Positions 9,540 through 18,961 of a stretch of 41,543 nt of DNA are shown one piece after another. Origin of the DNA: a virus. Its lineage: Duplodnaviria > Heunggongvirae > Uroviricota > Caudoviricetes. The stretch lies in the IMG/VR virus record IMGVR_UViG_2917413769_000002, positions 1 through 41,543 of that record; one strand, 5' to 3'. The translations under genes were made by a program, and so were the position numbers. Each line of letters opens with the position of its first letter. Within the stretch, counting starts at the first letter, position 1. The notes under the pieces are model-generated. The model was given only the letters and a program-made list of their open reading frames with translations, ran no database searches and had not been told where the DNA came from.

Positions 9540-9992
9540 TTAACCCTGAGGCTGGCCCGGCGTCGCGCTGGTAGGGCTCACGGGCAAAAAATTTCCCAGT
9601 GAATCGGCGACCACCCGCGCCACCAGCTGCAGCATGGTCAGCAGGTCGATATCATCGAACATCAGCTGACCGCTGTTGAATACCGGCGTCCATCCGTCCA
9701 TGTGCTTGCGTGATACCACGGCCAGGCACGGATGAATAATCGCGTTGGTGTCTTCTTCGGTCAGGGAAGACAGCTCCTCAGCGATACGCGGGAGCAGGGT
9801 TTCAAACACCGGTTTCAGCTGATCGAATTTCACAGTGTCGATTTTGCCATCAGCAGGCAGAAGGGAGCGAATGCTCCCAAATTCTGACATCATTCCCGCC
9901 AGCACCGGCAGCAGTTTGCGGGTCACTTTCAGCTGGTCAAAAACGCTGAGTTTCGCCACGCGGTAATCGTGGCCTTTGATTGAGCATTCCAT
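9540..9992 (-). CDS. tail assembly chaperone (lambda G-like), with a -1 frameshift extension to 9352
   Basis: 150-aa ORF between tube and tape measure genes; slippery heptamer near its 3' end opens a 77-codon -1 frame ending at the tape measure start. Confidence 0.6.
   Translation of the reverse strand: MECSIKGHDYRVAKLSVFDQLKVTRKLLPVLAGMMSEFGSIRSLLPADGKIDTVKFDQLKPVFETLLPRIAEELSSLTEEDTNAIIHPCLAVVSRKHMDGWTPVFNSGQLMFDDIDLLTMLQLVARVVADSLGNFLPVSPTSATPGQPQG
9585..9591 (-). other. candidate programmed -1 ribosomal frameshift slippery site (T_TTT_TTG)
   Basis: minus-strand GGA AAT TTT TTG CCC; heptamer T TTT TTG in zero frame; -1 frame is open for 77 codons with no stop until TGA at 9352-9354. Confidence 0.6.
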
Positions 9993-9995
9993 CTG

Positions 9996-10436
9996 TTAAA
10001 ACTCTCCGAGAACCTGGTCGATTTTGCCGCAGTCAAACACCCAGGGCATCGTATTACCGGCCTTAGCGTTGGCGTTATCCGGCTGTTTCTGGAACGCCAC
10101 GCTGCGCGCCGTGATGATGTCTCCGCTCACCTTGTTTCGGATCACAATGACGTTGTTTCCCCAGGTGCCTGAGGACTGACTCTGCGCGTTGTACGCCAGC
10201 GACAGCTTTTTGTTTGTCGGCGAGGTCTTCAGCAGGTTGACGGTTACCGTGCCGCTTTTATCTGCGTGCAGGCTGTGCATCACTTCGCCATCAGCACCAA
10301 TTGTCATGGTGTTTTTAGGACCGCCCATTGCAACGGTGATCCCCTCCTCTGAACTGGCGGAACCGTAGCCCAGATCAATCTCGCCGGTCGGGCCGGAGAG
10401 GGACGCCGTGACGTCCATAAAAGAATAAGTAGCCAT
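9996..10436 (-). CDS. tail tube protein
   Basis: 146-aa ORF immediately downstream of the sheath gene; size and synteny. Confidence 0.65.
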   Translation of the reverse strand: MATYSFMDVTASLSGPTGEIDLGYGSASSEEGITVAMGGPKNTMTIGADGEVMHSLHADKSGTVTVNLLKTSPTNKKLSLAYNAQSQSSGTWGNNVIVIRNKVSGDIITARSVAFQKQPDNANAKAGNTMPWVFDCGKIDQVLGEF

Positions 10437-10447
10437 TCATGTTCTCC

Positions 10448-11593
10448 TTAGCGAACGACGTTGATCTGCACATCAGCGAAATGAACCGCACCCGCCAGCT
10501 TACAGGCCACCTGAATAACCGGTGCCTTACGGGCTTCGCGGTCTGCCTGCGCCTGCTCGGAAATCGGCTGCGCGTAGACGTAATAGCCTTTTGTCAGCGT
10601 ATCGCCGGAATCCAGCTGCCCGATCGGGCCGCCATTCCATACACCGGCAGCCACCAGCCCGTTTGTGACAGACTGATCCATCGACTGTTCGACATTGGAA
10701 AGGAGGCGCGTAACGCCAGCATCGGTCTGTGGGACTTTGGTTGTGCTGGTGTAGAGCAGGTTATACAGGTTGGTCTGAACGTAGTTCTGCAGCCAGTCGA
10801 GCCCGTGGCGCTCATCGAAGAAATCGCCGCTGGACATGACGCCCTGCTGCAGGATTGCCGTATCGTTTTCGTAATACACGTAGACGTTACAGTTTTTGTT
10901 ATCCAGCGCCTTAGCCTGGCTGAGGTCCAGTGTCTCGTAGGTGATACCCGGCTCCTGCTTGAATTTCAGGGTAATGGTGGTGTTGCTGCCGTTGAAATTC
11001 ACCGTGAACGCGCGACCAAATGCAGACAGCGCGGCGTACTTGCTGCTGGTGGAATACTGCACAAACGTGCGACCGTATTTTGCCGCCTTCAGCTTATAGG
11101 CGAGATCGGTTGTGGATGTCGTGTTAATCGCTTCCGAGTCTTGAGTGGTAATTGCCAGAATACGACTGAGGCTGGAAGCTTCGATCGCGGCGGCCACGCT
11201 CAGCCAGTCGGCATCATCGATCTCTTCATCATCGGCTACGCCCAAACCGTACCAACTCGTGTAATTCAGTACAGCGTTCACGGCCTGCTGCAGCGTTTCC
11301 GTAGAACCGTCTTCAGCCGATACCAGCGTTTTAGCCCAGCGACCAACATACACCTGCTGAGGTTTCGGTGATTGCGAGAAATACACCGTAGCGGCTTCAT
11401 ATTCCGGGCTATCCACACCGAAATCTGTGCCTATATCTTCGGGGGATGAGTAAAGGCGAATACGCTCAGTAACCGGGATAACCGTTGAGCTCCCGAGAAT
11501 GAGCAGCGAACCAAAGTTTCGACCAGTAGCCGCACGCGGCCCAATGATCACGTCGACATTGACGACGTTTGATACAGGTAATCCCTGCGGCAT
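10448..11593 (-). CDS. tail sheath protein
   Basis: 381-aa ORF upstream of the tube gene; size, composition and synteny typical of contractile-tail sheath proteins. Confidence 0.75.
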   Translation of the reverse strand: MPQGLPVSNVVNVDVIIGPRAATGRNFGSLLILGSSTVIPVTERIRLYSSPEDIGTDFGVDSPEYEAATVYFSQSPKPQQVYVGRWAKTLVSAEDGSTETLQQAVNAVLNYTSWYGLGVADDEEIDDADWLSVAAAIEASSLSRILAITTQDSEAINTTSTTDLAYKLKAAKYGRTFVQYSTSSKYAALSAFGRAFTVNFNGSNTTITLKFKQEPGITYETLDLSQAKALDNKNCNVYVYYENDTAILQQGVMSSGDFFDERHGLDWLQNYVQTNLYNLLYTSTTKVPQTDAGVTRLLSNVEQSMDQSVTNGLVAAGVWNGGPIGQLDSGDTLTKGYYVYAQPISEQAQADREARKAPVIQVACKLAGAVHFADVQINVVR

Positions 11594-11596
11594 AAT

Positions 11597-12223
11597 TTAG
11601 TCTCCGAAAAATGAGACGGGCGCATCTTGCAGCGTCCGGACGTTGTAGGTACGAATGTTTTTGCGGGACAGCGTAATGGTGAGGTCGTATCGCCTCACCC
11701 ACTGGTTATTAATGAGTTCTGGCAGGTTGTAGATAGTCCCGGCGTCCACCAGCGAAAGCCCCGAGCGGTTCAGCTCGGCGTTGTTTTGCTCGACGAATAT
11801 TCCCGCGCGGAAAGTTGATGCAGTGTTGGCCCCCAGAGGGCCATAGAAGCAGCAAATCACCGTTACCTGTTCCCATGTCCATTGCTCGGACTGTTCTTCC
11901 GAAACCTGAACATCGGACTGGCTCAACGGCTGAGGAACGGTAGTGATACCGAAGGCGCACCACGTTACCCCGTTGTTGGGGATCTGCGGCTGCGGGTCAG
12001 TCCATCGGGGGAAAACAAGAGCGGCCGGCAAGCCAGAAACACCACGAATCCACCGGCTGATTTCACGCTCCAGCGCCTCGTCGTATTGGGGTAGATCCCC
12101 GACAGGCGTCAGATAACCGCGCGCGTTGCTGTCGTTACTCAACTGGCGTCCCTCCGTTAAAGTCCACCAGCTCACAATGCGCCTGGACGAATCCGGCGCC
12201 GTAACTGGTATACGGGTCGACAA
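11597..12223 (-). CDS. tail completion / neck protein (hypothetical)
   Basis: 208-aa ORF directly upstream of sheath gene. Confidence 0.4.
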   Translation of the reverse strand: MSTRIPVTAPDSSRRIVSWWTLTEGRQLSNDSNARGYLTPVGDLPQYDEALEREISRWIRGVSGLPAALVFPRWTDPQPQIPNNGVTWCAFGITTVPQPLSQSDVQVSEEQSEQWTWEQVTVICCFYGPLGANTASTFRAGIFVEQNNAELNRSGLSLVDAGTIYNLPELINNQWVRRYDLTITLSRKNIRTYNVRTLQDAPVSFFGD

Positions 12224-12539
12224 ATGTCACCCGGTAAGCACGCCCGTTATAGCTCACGATATCGGCATCAAGTCGCGGGGCACTGTCTGTACCAGGCTGG
12301 CCCTGGGTTAATCGGAACTGCGTCACGATGAGGATCGCGCCGCTGATGTTCTGGCCTGCCGCCATTCGCCTGGCTTCCAGAGAACGGTCAACCGTCACCA
12401 CTCCAGAGAACGGGATATCCTGAGCTGTGTTTTTCGTGAAATTGTCCTCATCCACCGTCTGAACCTGCCGGTGACACACCAGACTGGTGTCCATGAAGTC
12501 GGGATCGAGAAGAACATCGCTCACATCGAGAAGAGGCAT
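12135..12539 (-). CDS. head-tail joining protein (hypothetical)
   Basis: 134-aa ORF in the head-tail connector region; start uncertain (89-nt overlap with the downstream gene). Confidence 0.4.
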   Translation of the reverse strand: MPLLDVSDVLLDPDFMDTSLVCHRQVQTVDEDNFTKNTAQDIPFSGVVTVDRSLEARRMAAGQNISGAILIVTQFRLTQGQPGTDSAPRLDADIVSYNGRAYRVTFVDPYTSYGAGFVQAHCELVDFNGGTPVE

Positions 12540-13084
12540 TATTTTTTCCTCACGACGTAGTTAATTGAGCGCAGCAGGTAACCGTGGGCATACAGCGGTT
12601 TTTCGCCGGGAATGCCCTCGGCCCTTCTGCGTTCGAGGGTTTTCTCAGAAAGTGGGTGCAGCCGGTCACCAGCCCCGATAACGGCTTTTGCAGCGTCACG
12701 GGCAATCTGTCCGGCGCTCTCCAGCTCACGCACTGCTGCTTCAGTCTGCCCCTCCAGCGCGGCGGTTGCCGCTGCCTTGAGGTGTGCAGTGGTTCGGGGT
12801 TTTGAATCCTCGATCCCCATATCCAGAAAAGGACGCGGGGGAAGCGTGACTGTCGTACCGTCGATTTCCGCCGTTGCACCCGTCGAGTGGAGATATCCCA
12901 GTTCCGCGTTATTAATCGGAGAGCCATCCTCACGCCCTGCCTTGTCCTCAGGTATTCCTACCAGCACATCCATTCCGGATAGCTGGCGGAGGGATTCCAG
13001 AACAGCCACGGCGTTATCAGCACGAACCGTTAACCCACTTTTCATAGCAGCTGCCTGCCACCAGCACCGAACATCGACCACCAC
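12539..13084 (-). CDS. head-tail adaptor protein (hypothetical)
   Basis: 181-aa ORF in connector region. Confidence 0.4.
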   Translation of the reverse strand: MVVDVRCWWQAAAMKSGLTVRADNAVAVLESLRQLSGMDVLVGIPEDKAGREDGSPINNAELGYLHSTGATAEIDGTTVTLPPRPFLDMGIEDSKPRTTAHLKAAATAALEGQTEAAVRELESAGQIARDAAKAVIGAGDRLHPLSEKTLERRRAEGIPGEKPLYAHGYLLRSINYVVRKK

Positions 13085-13452
13085 CAGTAGAACTCGCGCC
13101 CGTAGGCGGTGCTGTTCCAGAAACCGGCATCCGGATTGATTACCCCGGACACGTCATAGCTCACTGAAACCTTATCCACGGACTTAGAGGACACTACACC
13201 TGCAGCGCCGTTGCTGTTCACACCACCAGCGGCAGCGGCGGCCAGCGTGCGGCCGCGCAGCTCCGTATAGTGAGCTGTGAATAGCTCGGCCAGGTAGACG
13301 AACTGATCGCCCTGTACGTCCTGATTCAGGAGTGAATCGGCCTGCCCCAGATAGAAATTCACTGAGGGGTCAGGGTAGCGGGTTTTATCGGCGAACTCGG
13401 GAAAGTCGGTGCGGAACTGCTCGTTAGTCGGAAGCCTGCTGTTTTTTGGCAT
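13042..13452 (-). CDS. head-tail connector protein (hypothetical)
   Basis: 136-aa ORF downstream of capsid genes. Confidence 0.4.
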   Translation of the reverse strand: MPKNSRLPTNEQFRTDFPEFADKTRYPDPSVNFYLGQADSLLNQDVQGDQFVYLAELFTAHYTELRGRTLAAAAAGGVNSNGAAGVVSSKSVDKVSVSYDVSGVINPDAGFWNSTAYGREFYWWWSMFGAGGRQLL

Positions 13453-13834
13453 TTTTCGCGTCCCCGCCGGTGTTATCGGTTTTGTCCGTGCTGTCGGCAG
13501 GTTTACCGCCTGCTGGTGCCTGAGCGGCTGCCAGCTGCGCTTTCAGGTCGGTGTTTTCATTCCCCAGCGCGGTGATGGTTTTTTCATGCTCAGCCAGCTG
13601 CGCTTTCAGGGTGTTATTTTCTTCTGCCAGGAGAACAAGGCTCGCGGAAAGGTCTTCATTGCTCTGCTCGTTCGCCAGGTCGGCCTCGTCAATCGGGCGC
13701 GCATAGGCTTTAAAGGCCCAGTGGTCCTTAACTTCTTTCGGGAAAGAGGAACTGTCGTGAATGCCCTGAGACAGCTCAAATTTAGAACCGTCGGAAAAGC
13801 TGAGAGTCGCGCCACCGGAAACAACGTATTTCAT
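13424..13834 (-). CDS. hypothetical coiled-coil protein
   Basis: 136-aa ORF with Ala/Leu/Glu-rich predicted coiled coil and Lys/Asp-rich tail; directly after the capsid-gene terminator. Confidence 0.4.
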   Translation of the reverse strand: MKYVVSGGATLSFSDGSKFELSQGIHDSSSFPKEVKDHWAFKAYARPIDEADLANEQSNEDLSASLVLLAEENNTLKAQLAEHEKTITALGNENTDLKAQLAAAQAPAGGKPADSTDKTDNTGGDAKNAKKQQASD

Positions 13835-13846
13835 GTTTTTGCTCCA

Positions 13847-13869
13847 TAAAAAAAGGCGGGTTTCCCCGC
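13847..13869 (-). terminator. intrinsic terminator downstream of major capsid gene
   Basis: minus-strand GGCGGG-GAAA-CCCGCC hairpin followed by TTTTTTT. Confidence 0.75.
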
Positions 13870-13879
13870 CCGTTTCAGG

Positions 13880-14827
13880 TTAAGACGCCGGAACGTCCAG
13901 GTAAGAGATCGTATTGGAATACGGGGTTTCCACCTGGCCCAGCTTGCCGTAGTAAGTGGTCAACTGCTGCAGCCCGCGATACTCCAGCGGCGTGTTCAGC
14001 AGAGGAACCATTGGGAAGCGAACGTATTTTTCGTCCTGGGTGTAAGCAACGATACGATGCGCGCCACCAGCGCCACGCTTGGAGGCCCACTTCATGGAGA
14101 CGATCTCCAGTGGTGTGCCGTTTTCCTGAAACGCGATGGTGTTAATCTTCACGTATTCCAGCACAGAGATATTCCCTGCAGAGGAAACCTTTTTGCTCGC
14201 CAGCAGGCCGAACAGCTCCGGCGCCAGACCGATTTTCGCCGGGCAGACCGCATAACCAGAACGAACCCAGCCATCAGACAGCACCAGGTTGATATCCTGA
14301 ACAATCACATCCGGATCGGTAGTAGCGGTCCATGCTGCAGCTGCAGCGACAGGGGTAACATCCGGCAGGTTCAGCAGGCCAGGAACGTCGAGTTCGCTAT
14401 CACCGATGTAAACCTGTTCGTCGGTGTCCATGTTCCACTTCAGCTTCATGCCTTCGTATTTCTGGACATCAACCGGACGGCCCAGTTTCTGGGCAGAAGC
14501 CAGTTCCGGCACCGTCCAGCTGATTTCCTGCCCCCACAAGGTGAGGTTGTTACGGGTAGGCTGAATATCGAGTTCGATACCAGGAATGGCAGTAGCTTTT
14601 TTACCGATCCAGTTTTTACCGTTAGGGTTTGGACCACCAACGCCAACAAAATCGGTATTAGTGAAGGATGACACTTCATCAGCGATAGAAATATCGCTGC
14701 GCAGCGGCATGTCGCGTGACCATTTGTAGGACACTAAAGGCATGTTCAGCGTCTGATCCATGCGCTCCAGTTCGCCGACGAGAAACACGCCGGTGGAGTC
14801 GATGGTCGCTCTGTCAATTGTAAACAT
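13880..14827 (-). CDS. major capsid protein
   Basis: 315-aa ORF followed by a strong terminator; position after scaffold and decoration genes. Confidence 0.75.
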   Translation of the reverse strand: MFTIDRATIDSTGVFLVGELERMDQTLNMPLVSYKWSRDMPLRSDISIADEVSSFTNTDFVGVGGPNPNGKNWIGKKATAIPGIELDIQPTRNNLTLWGQEISWTVPELASAQKLGRPVDVQKYEGMKLKWNMDTDEQVYIGDSELDVPGLLNLPDVTPVAAAAAWTATTDPDVIVQDINLVLSDGWVRSGYAVCPAKIGLAPELFGLLASKKVSSAGNISVLEYVKINTIAFQENGTPLEIVSMKWASKRGAGGAHRIVAYTQDEKYVRFPMVPLLNTPLEYRGLQQLTTYYGKLGQVETPYSNTISYLDVPAS

Positions 14828-14838
14828 TAATTATTCCC

Positions 14839-15342
14839 TCAGATGTTATAAGCGATTTCAATACGGCCGTCGGCTTCACCCGGCCCCATGACCTCTGCAT
14901 TTGGCAGCTGAGGTGTATTTGATGCGGTAGAGTCCGGAGACAGCACAAAGGAGCCAACCGGGCTTTGAGTGGTGCCACCAGCCACGCGAACGTAAACCGG
15001 ATCGCCTTTTTTCGCGGTCGCCGCGTTGCCTGCGGTAGCAGTTACGCAGATGTAACCGCGTTTCAGGTTGTCACCAACCTGATTAGCCGTCACACCGATG
15101 TAAGCAAGGTCCAGAGCAGAGGTGATCGGGAACGGACGAACCAGAATCCCTTTCACTTTGCTGATGGTGTCGCCAGACTCCAGCGGAACGAATTTATCGT
15201 TCACGTATTTACCTGGCAGCCCGTAGGACGCGAACTGCTTCGTGTGGTCCAGGCTAATCGGCTCGATGGTGAGATCACGAGGACGGGTAACGCCCCCGGC
15301 AATGCCCAAGGGCATGCGCGTTAAATATGCAGTACCTGCCAT
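14839..15342 (-). CDS. capsid decoration / structural protein
   Basis: 167-aa Gly/Ala/Thr-rich ORF between scaffold and capsid genes. Confidence 0.5.
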   Translation of the reverse strand: MAGTAYLTRMPLGIAGGVTRPRDLTIEPISLDHTKQFASYGLPGKYVNDKFVPLESGDTISKVKGILVRPFPITSALDLAYIGVTANQVGDNLKRGYICVTATAGNAATAKKGDPVYVRVAGGTTQSPVGSFVLSPDSTASNTPQLPNAEVMGPGEADGRIEIAYNI

Positions 15343-15353
15343 GATGATTTACC

Positions 15354-16625
15354 TTATTTGTTTTTTGCCCAGAATTCGGCGTTGACCTTGTTCAGTTCTG
15401 CCGGGGAAAGGTGCTTAGTGCTGATTCCGCTGTCTGTGGTGCGGGTGATGTTGTTTAGCGGGGTCAGCTGATTTTTCGCCTTATGCAGCGCCACAGCGGC
15501 AGTAAACACCGCATCGACCGTAGCCTTTGGCGCTTTGTAGAAATCATCCACGCCGAACGATTTCAGGCTGTCGCCGGTGCGCATTGCATGACTCAGCACC
15601 TGACGCTTCAGGCTCTTATCGCCAGCAGGCTGGAAGCCAGGGCAGATAATTTCCGCATCGGCGATCAGGTTGCGCTTAAAGGCTGCATCACCTGTCACTT
15701 TGCGGTTTTCTTCTTCATCTTCGTCGGTGGTCATGTTACCCGGGTCCGGATCGCCGTCGGTGGTTTTACCCTCCAGCTTTTCCAGACGAGCCAGCAGCGC
15801 TTTCGCCCAGGCCGGAATTTCTTCATCGCCGGTGCCGGTTTTGTCTTTGTTCGGATCGCCTTCGTCCGTAGTGGTGCGATTGCCTTCAGGTAAGGCTGTG
15901 GCCTGTGAAGGAATGTTGATGGTGATAGAGGAACCGGGGATTGAAGGCATGCCATCAGACGGCATATCCGGCGCTTCGTCGATGAGTTTTGCCAGTGCAT
16001 CCTCATCTTTCGTCTTAATGGCCTGAGCCAGTTTTTTAAGCCATGACATTACAGGCTTCTCCTTTGTTGTTGATGGGATGGAATCCCCGATTGCACAGCG
16101 GCCACCAGCACGCCCCCGGTCGATGCCGACAGCGAGGTGGTTACCTGTGATTTGGTATTGCTTGCCCTTACCGGGTGCCAGCTGCTTGTACTGCGCGTCA
16201 TAGCCACAACTGACATCGGTCAGGCCTGAATTCACCGCGTCGATTGCTTCCTGGCGTTTAATCAGCACGTCAGCAATGAGCAGATCCGATTTCTCGCCGG
16301 TGCCGCGCCGGACGTTCTGAATGTGTCCGTGTGCCAGCTCTGCGAAGTTAGAAGGGTTCACGAAAACGATGTTGCCCAGGCTGTCCTCTGGATGCCCCAG
16401 CGTGACGGCTACGCCCTCAAAGCTCGCCATCGTCTCCGGGGAAAACACCTCGTCTTCCGTTCGCCAGACTGTCACCGTGCCGGTGCCGTCCGGTTCGAGG
16501 TCGATTTCCTCAGGTAAATAGACCTGCGTCCCTGTGCGTGCGATCGGCACGTCTTTACACAGCAGCGAGCCGTCCGCCTGTAGATAGCGCGTTTCGCCCA
16601 GGCGTGTAGTGAAGAAATATTTCAT
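15354..16625 (-). CDS. capsid scaffold / morphogenesis protein
   Basis: 423-aa ORF with a charged helical central region typical of scaffolding proteins; upstream of the capsid gene. Confidence 0.55.
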   Translation of the reverse strand: MKYFFTTRLGETRYLQADGSLLCKDVPIARTGTQVYLPEEIDLEPDGTGTVTVWRTEDEVFSPETMASFEGVAVTLGHPEDSLGNIVFVNPSNFAELAHGHIQNVRRGTGEKSDLLIADVLIKRQEAIDAVNSGLTDVSCGYDAQYKQLAPGKGKQYQITGNHLAVGIDRGRAGGRCAIGDSIPSTTKEKPVMSWLKKLAQAIKTKDEDALAKLIDEAPDMPSDGMPSIPGSSITINIPSQATALPEGNRTTTDEGDPNKDKTGTGDEEIPAWAKALLARLEKLEGKTTDGDPDPGNMTTDEDEEENRKVTGDAAFKRNLIADAEIICPGFQPAGDKSLKRQVLSHAMRTGDSLKSFGVDDFYKAPKATVDAVFTAAVALHKAKNQLTPLNNITRTTDSGISTKHLSPAELNKVNAEFWAKNK

Positions 16626-16650
16626 GGGTTACCTGCTCGATTACGGGCAA

Positions 16651-16675
16651 CAAAAAGGCCGCCCGGAGGCGACCT
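16651..16675 (-). terminator. intrinsic terminator-like hairpin upstream of scaffold gene
   Basis: minus-strand AGGTCGCC-TCCG-GGCGGCCT followed by TTTTTG. Confidence 0.55.
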
Positions 16676-16680
16676 TGTGA

Positions 16681-16738
16681 GATGGGAAAAATGTTCGAAA
16701 TAACGGGCTATTTAACATAAGGGTTCTTACCCGCACCG
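16681..16738 (-). repeat. conserved ~55-bp intergenic element, copy 1
   Basis: minus strand GTGCGGGTAAGAACCCTTATGTTAAAT...ATTTTTC; perfect blocks GTGCGGGTAA and TTATGTTAAAT shared with copy 2 at 20578-20632. Confidence 0.6.
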
Positions 16739-16886
16739 ACGAAAATGGACTCGATTAAAATGTCCCCTTAAAGCCGTAAAAGTAGCGATTAACTGGGCTG
16801 AAAATCGGCCTTTTCGAATACAACATTTTCATAACATTTCGCGGGTATTGCAGTTCGCATGAAATGAATGCTCAAAGCCGTATTTT

Positions 16887-17639
16887 TCATTTTCTCGGTG
16901 CAGGAATCTGTACCTCAGGCCAGCATTCGCAGTTCGGTAAACATCCGGCGTGCCCGGTCATACCATCCAGCGTTGGAGGGTTATCCCAGCGGACAAATTT
17001 ATCTTTCATTTTCCGATGTGACGGGCGGGTGCCAGCACCATGAATACGCCACCAGTAACCCTCTGAGCCAACCGAAAGGGCTCTGGCCTGCGTCAGCGCG
17101 CCGGTAGCTCGTCCAATCTCTGTACGGGCAATCAGCTGCGCCCTGCTGGCGGCCACGTCACCGGAGGCCATAATCATCTCGTAGAGCTGATCCGGACGTT
17201 CGCCAGTGATAACCGCCTGCATTGCACGCTGTTGTATGTCCATCACGCGATCGGCAGCTTCCAGCGGCAGGGACTTCATCAGCTGAATCTGGCGGTACAC
17301 TATATCCTGCGCCACCTGCCCGACGGGGGTATTACCCACCACATCGCGCAGGCCAGCGCCGATTTCCTCTGATACCGATTTCCACAGATTCCATTCCTCC
17401 TGCTCGACCTGGGCAAACATCCTTCGCCCGACCTGCTCTGCCCAGTCGCTGATTACTTCGGAATAGTCCACCAGCGTTTTCGAAATGCTGTCAGCGCTAG
17501 CCTGTGAACCATCGTAGGTACCATCGACGATCTGCCCTATCTGGTTTGCTATCGCCAACAGGCTTTTTCGATACTGGATCTCCGAACGGCGGCGGAGGGA
17601 TGGTTTCAGGTTCATCCTCCTCCCACTGGGCCTTCGCAT
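16887..17639 (-). CDS. head morphogenesis protein (MuF / SPP1 gp7-like minor head protein)
   Basis: 250-aa ORF downstream of portal; start ambiguous (ATG 17639 or ATG 17615, the latter with GGAGG directly upstream). Confidence 0.65.
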   Translation of the reverse strand: MRRPSGRRMNLKPSLRRRSEIQYRKSLLAIANQIGQIVDGTYDGSQASADSISKTLVDYSEVISDWAEQVGRRMFAQVEQEEWNLWKSVSEEIGAGLRDVVGNTPVGQVAQDIVYRQIQLMKSLPLEAADRVMDIQQRAMQAVITGERPDQLYEMIMASGDVAASRAQLIARTEIGRATGALTQARALSVGSEGYWWRIHGAGTRPSHRKMKDKFVRWDNPPTLDGMTGHAGCLPNCECWPEVQIPAPRK

Positions 17640-18960
17640 CTTCTATGTCCTCGTCAGTGATAGAACCACCGATGCCAATCACATCAGAAATGTTCCTGAG
17701 GTCGTTAAGCGCTGCTGCAGGTGGCATCCCAAGGTCACGAACGGCGGTACCGAGTGCGGTAACCACATTATTCGCCATCGTTGCGCGGTCCACGTCTGAC
17801 ATCTCCCAGAGCTTGTTAAACTCGAAAGTAAAATCGTCAGGCAGTGGTTCACCGAACAGAGAACGCCAGGAGATATCGAGCAGCCAACGGATATGTCGGC
17901 GTAAGCGTCTCTCCTGCAGCGAGTTAACCCGGCTGTAGTAGTTTTCCAGATCGCCGTCGCCGGTGTTGAAACCTGCAGGGGATTGCCCGAACAGACGGAC
18001 GAGAGGAATTCCCGTCGCGCCGGAAACCTGCTCAGCAAAGCGCAGAAGGACATCAGCGATACCCGCAAACGTATAGCTGTGGGTTTCGAACTTATCCTTA
18101 CCATCCATGATGGTCATGCCTTCGATGGTCTGGAACTGACGTATCATGTCCAGGTGCTTCATCAGCGCCTTTTCAAGGTCGCCTCCGGTAGCAAGAATCT
18201 TGCGCAGGTCTTCAATGCTGTAGGTTCGCAGGTGCGCTTTGTGGATCAACTGTGTGGTGCCGACCGTCGCAGTATCAAACGCCTCGATACGCTCGAAAAT
18301 ACGCTCCACAACAGACATCCCCCAGCCGTTTTCCGTCTGGGCCTGCTGGAAAGGAAGCGTATCGCCCTCCATGCGGATAACGCGGCTATGGTGAATCTTC
18401 CAGGGGGGAATCCCCTGCTGGTTCGTGATTACCTTGTAATATTTCGGTTTCCCGAAATCGGGACCGTAATCGGTAACGAGATCGTAATAACTCGGGTTAA
18501 CCATCCAGCGGTCAAGGCTCATTACGCCCTTAAACTGCCCCTCTTTGATGCGATCCAGTTTCAGCGGGGAGGACATATCCTGTCCTTCAAGCAGGACCAC
18601 CAGCACCGCTCCACCGTACAATCGTGACCATTTGAGGTTATCGTTAAGCCCATCCCATATAGCGAGCTCATCCCAGAAGGTTTCGAGCTTACCCTTTTGT
18701 CCAGGTTTCAGCTTTGAGCTGATGTTAATCCCCTTACGGGTCATATCATCGGCCATCGCATCCACACCGGCACCAACGAGGAACGATGAACGATACGCAA
18801 ACTCCAGCATCACCCTGTTACGGCTGATGTACCCGGGCATGTACATTCCGCCCGTCTGTATGTTTCTGGTGTCGCTGCCAAGTTTGGCCGTGAAATTGTT
18901 GTACCCGTCAGCTGTCGCAACGGGCTTTTGTGCGCCGTTCTGGCGTTTCTTACGGGACAT
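17497..18960 (-). CDS. portal protein
   Basis: ~487-aa ORF immediately downstream of the large terminase gene; ATG at 18960 abuts the terL stop; 3' end overlaps the head morphogenesis ORF by >100 nt. Confidence 0.75.
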   Translation of the reverse strand: MSRKKRQNGAQKPVATADGYNNFTAKLGSDTRNIQTGGMYMPGYISRNRVMLEFAYRSSFLVGAGVDAMADDMTRKGINISSKLKPGQKGKLETFWDELAIWDGLNDNLKWSRLYGGAVLVVLLEGQDMSSPLKLDRIKEGQFKGVMSLDRWMVNPSYYDLVTDYGPDFGKPKYYKVITNQQGIPPWKIHHSRVIRMEGDTLPFQQAQTENGWGMSVVERIFERIEAFDTATVGTTQLIHKAHLRTYSIEDLRKILATGGDLEKALMKHLDMIRQFQTIEGMTIMDGKDKFETHSYTFAGIADVLLRFAEQVSGATGIPLVRLFGQSPAGFNTGDGDLENYYSRVNSLQERRLRRHIRWLLDISWRSLFGEPLPDDFTFEFNKLWEMSDVDRATMANNVVTALGTAVRDLGMPPAAALNDLRNISDVIGIGGSITDEDIEDAKAQWEEDEPETIPPPPFGDPVSKKPVGDSKPDRADRRWYLRWFTG

Positions 18961-18961
18961 G

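Noticed and set aside
10439-11371. 310-aa plus-strand ORF
   Set aside because: Lies entirely antisense to the tail sheath gene; Arg/Cys-rich, low-complexity translation typical of spurious antisense frames in GC-rich coding DNA.
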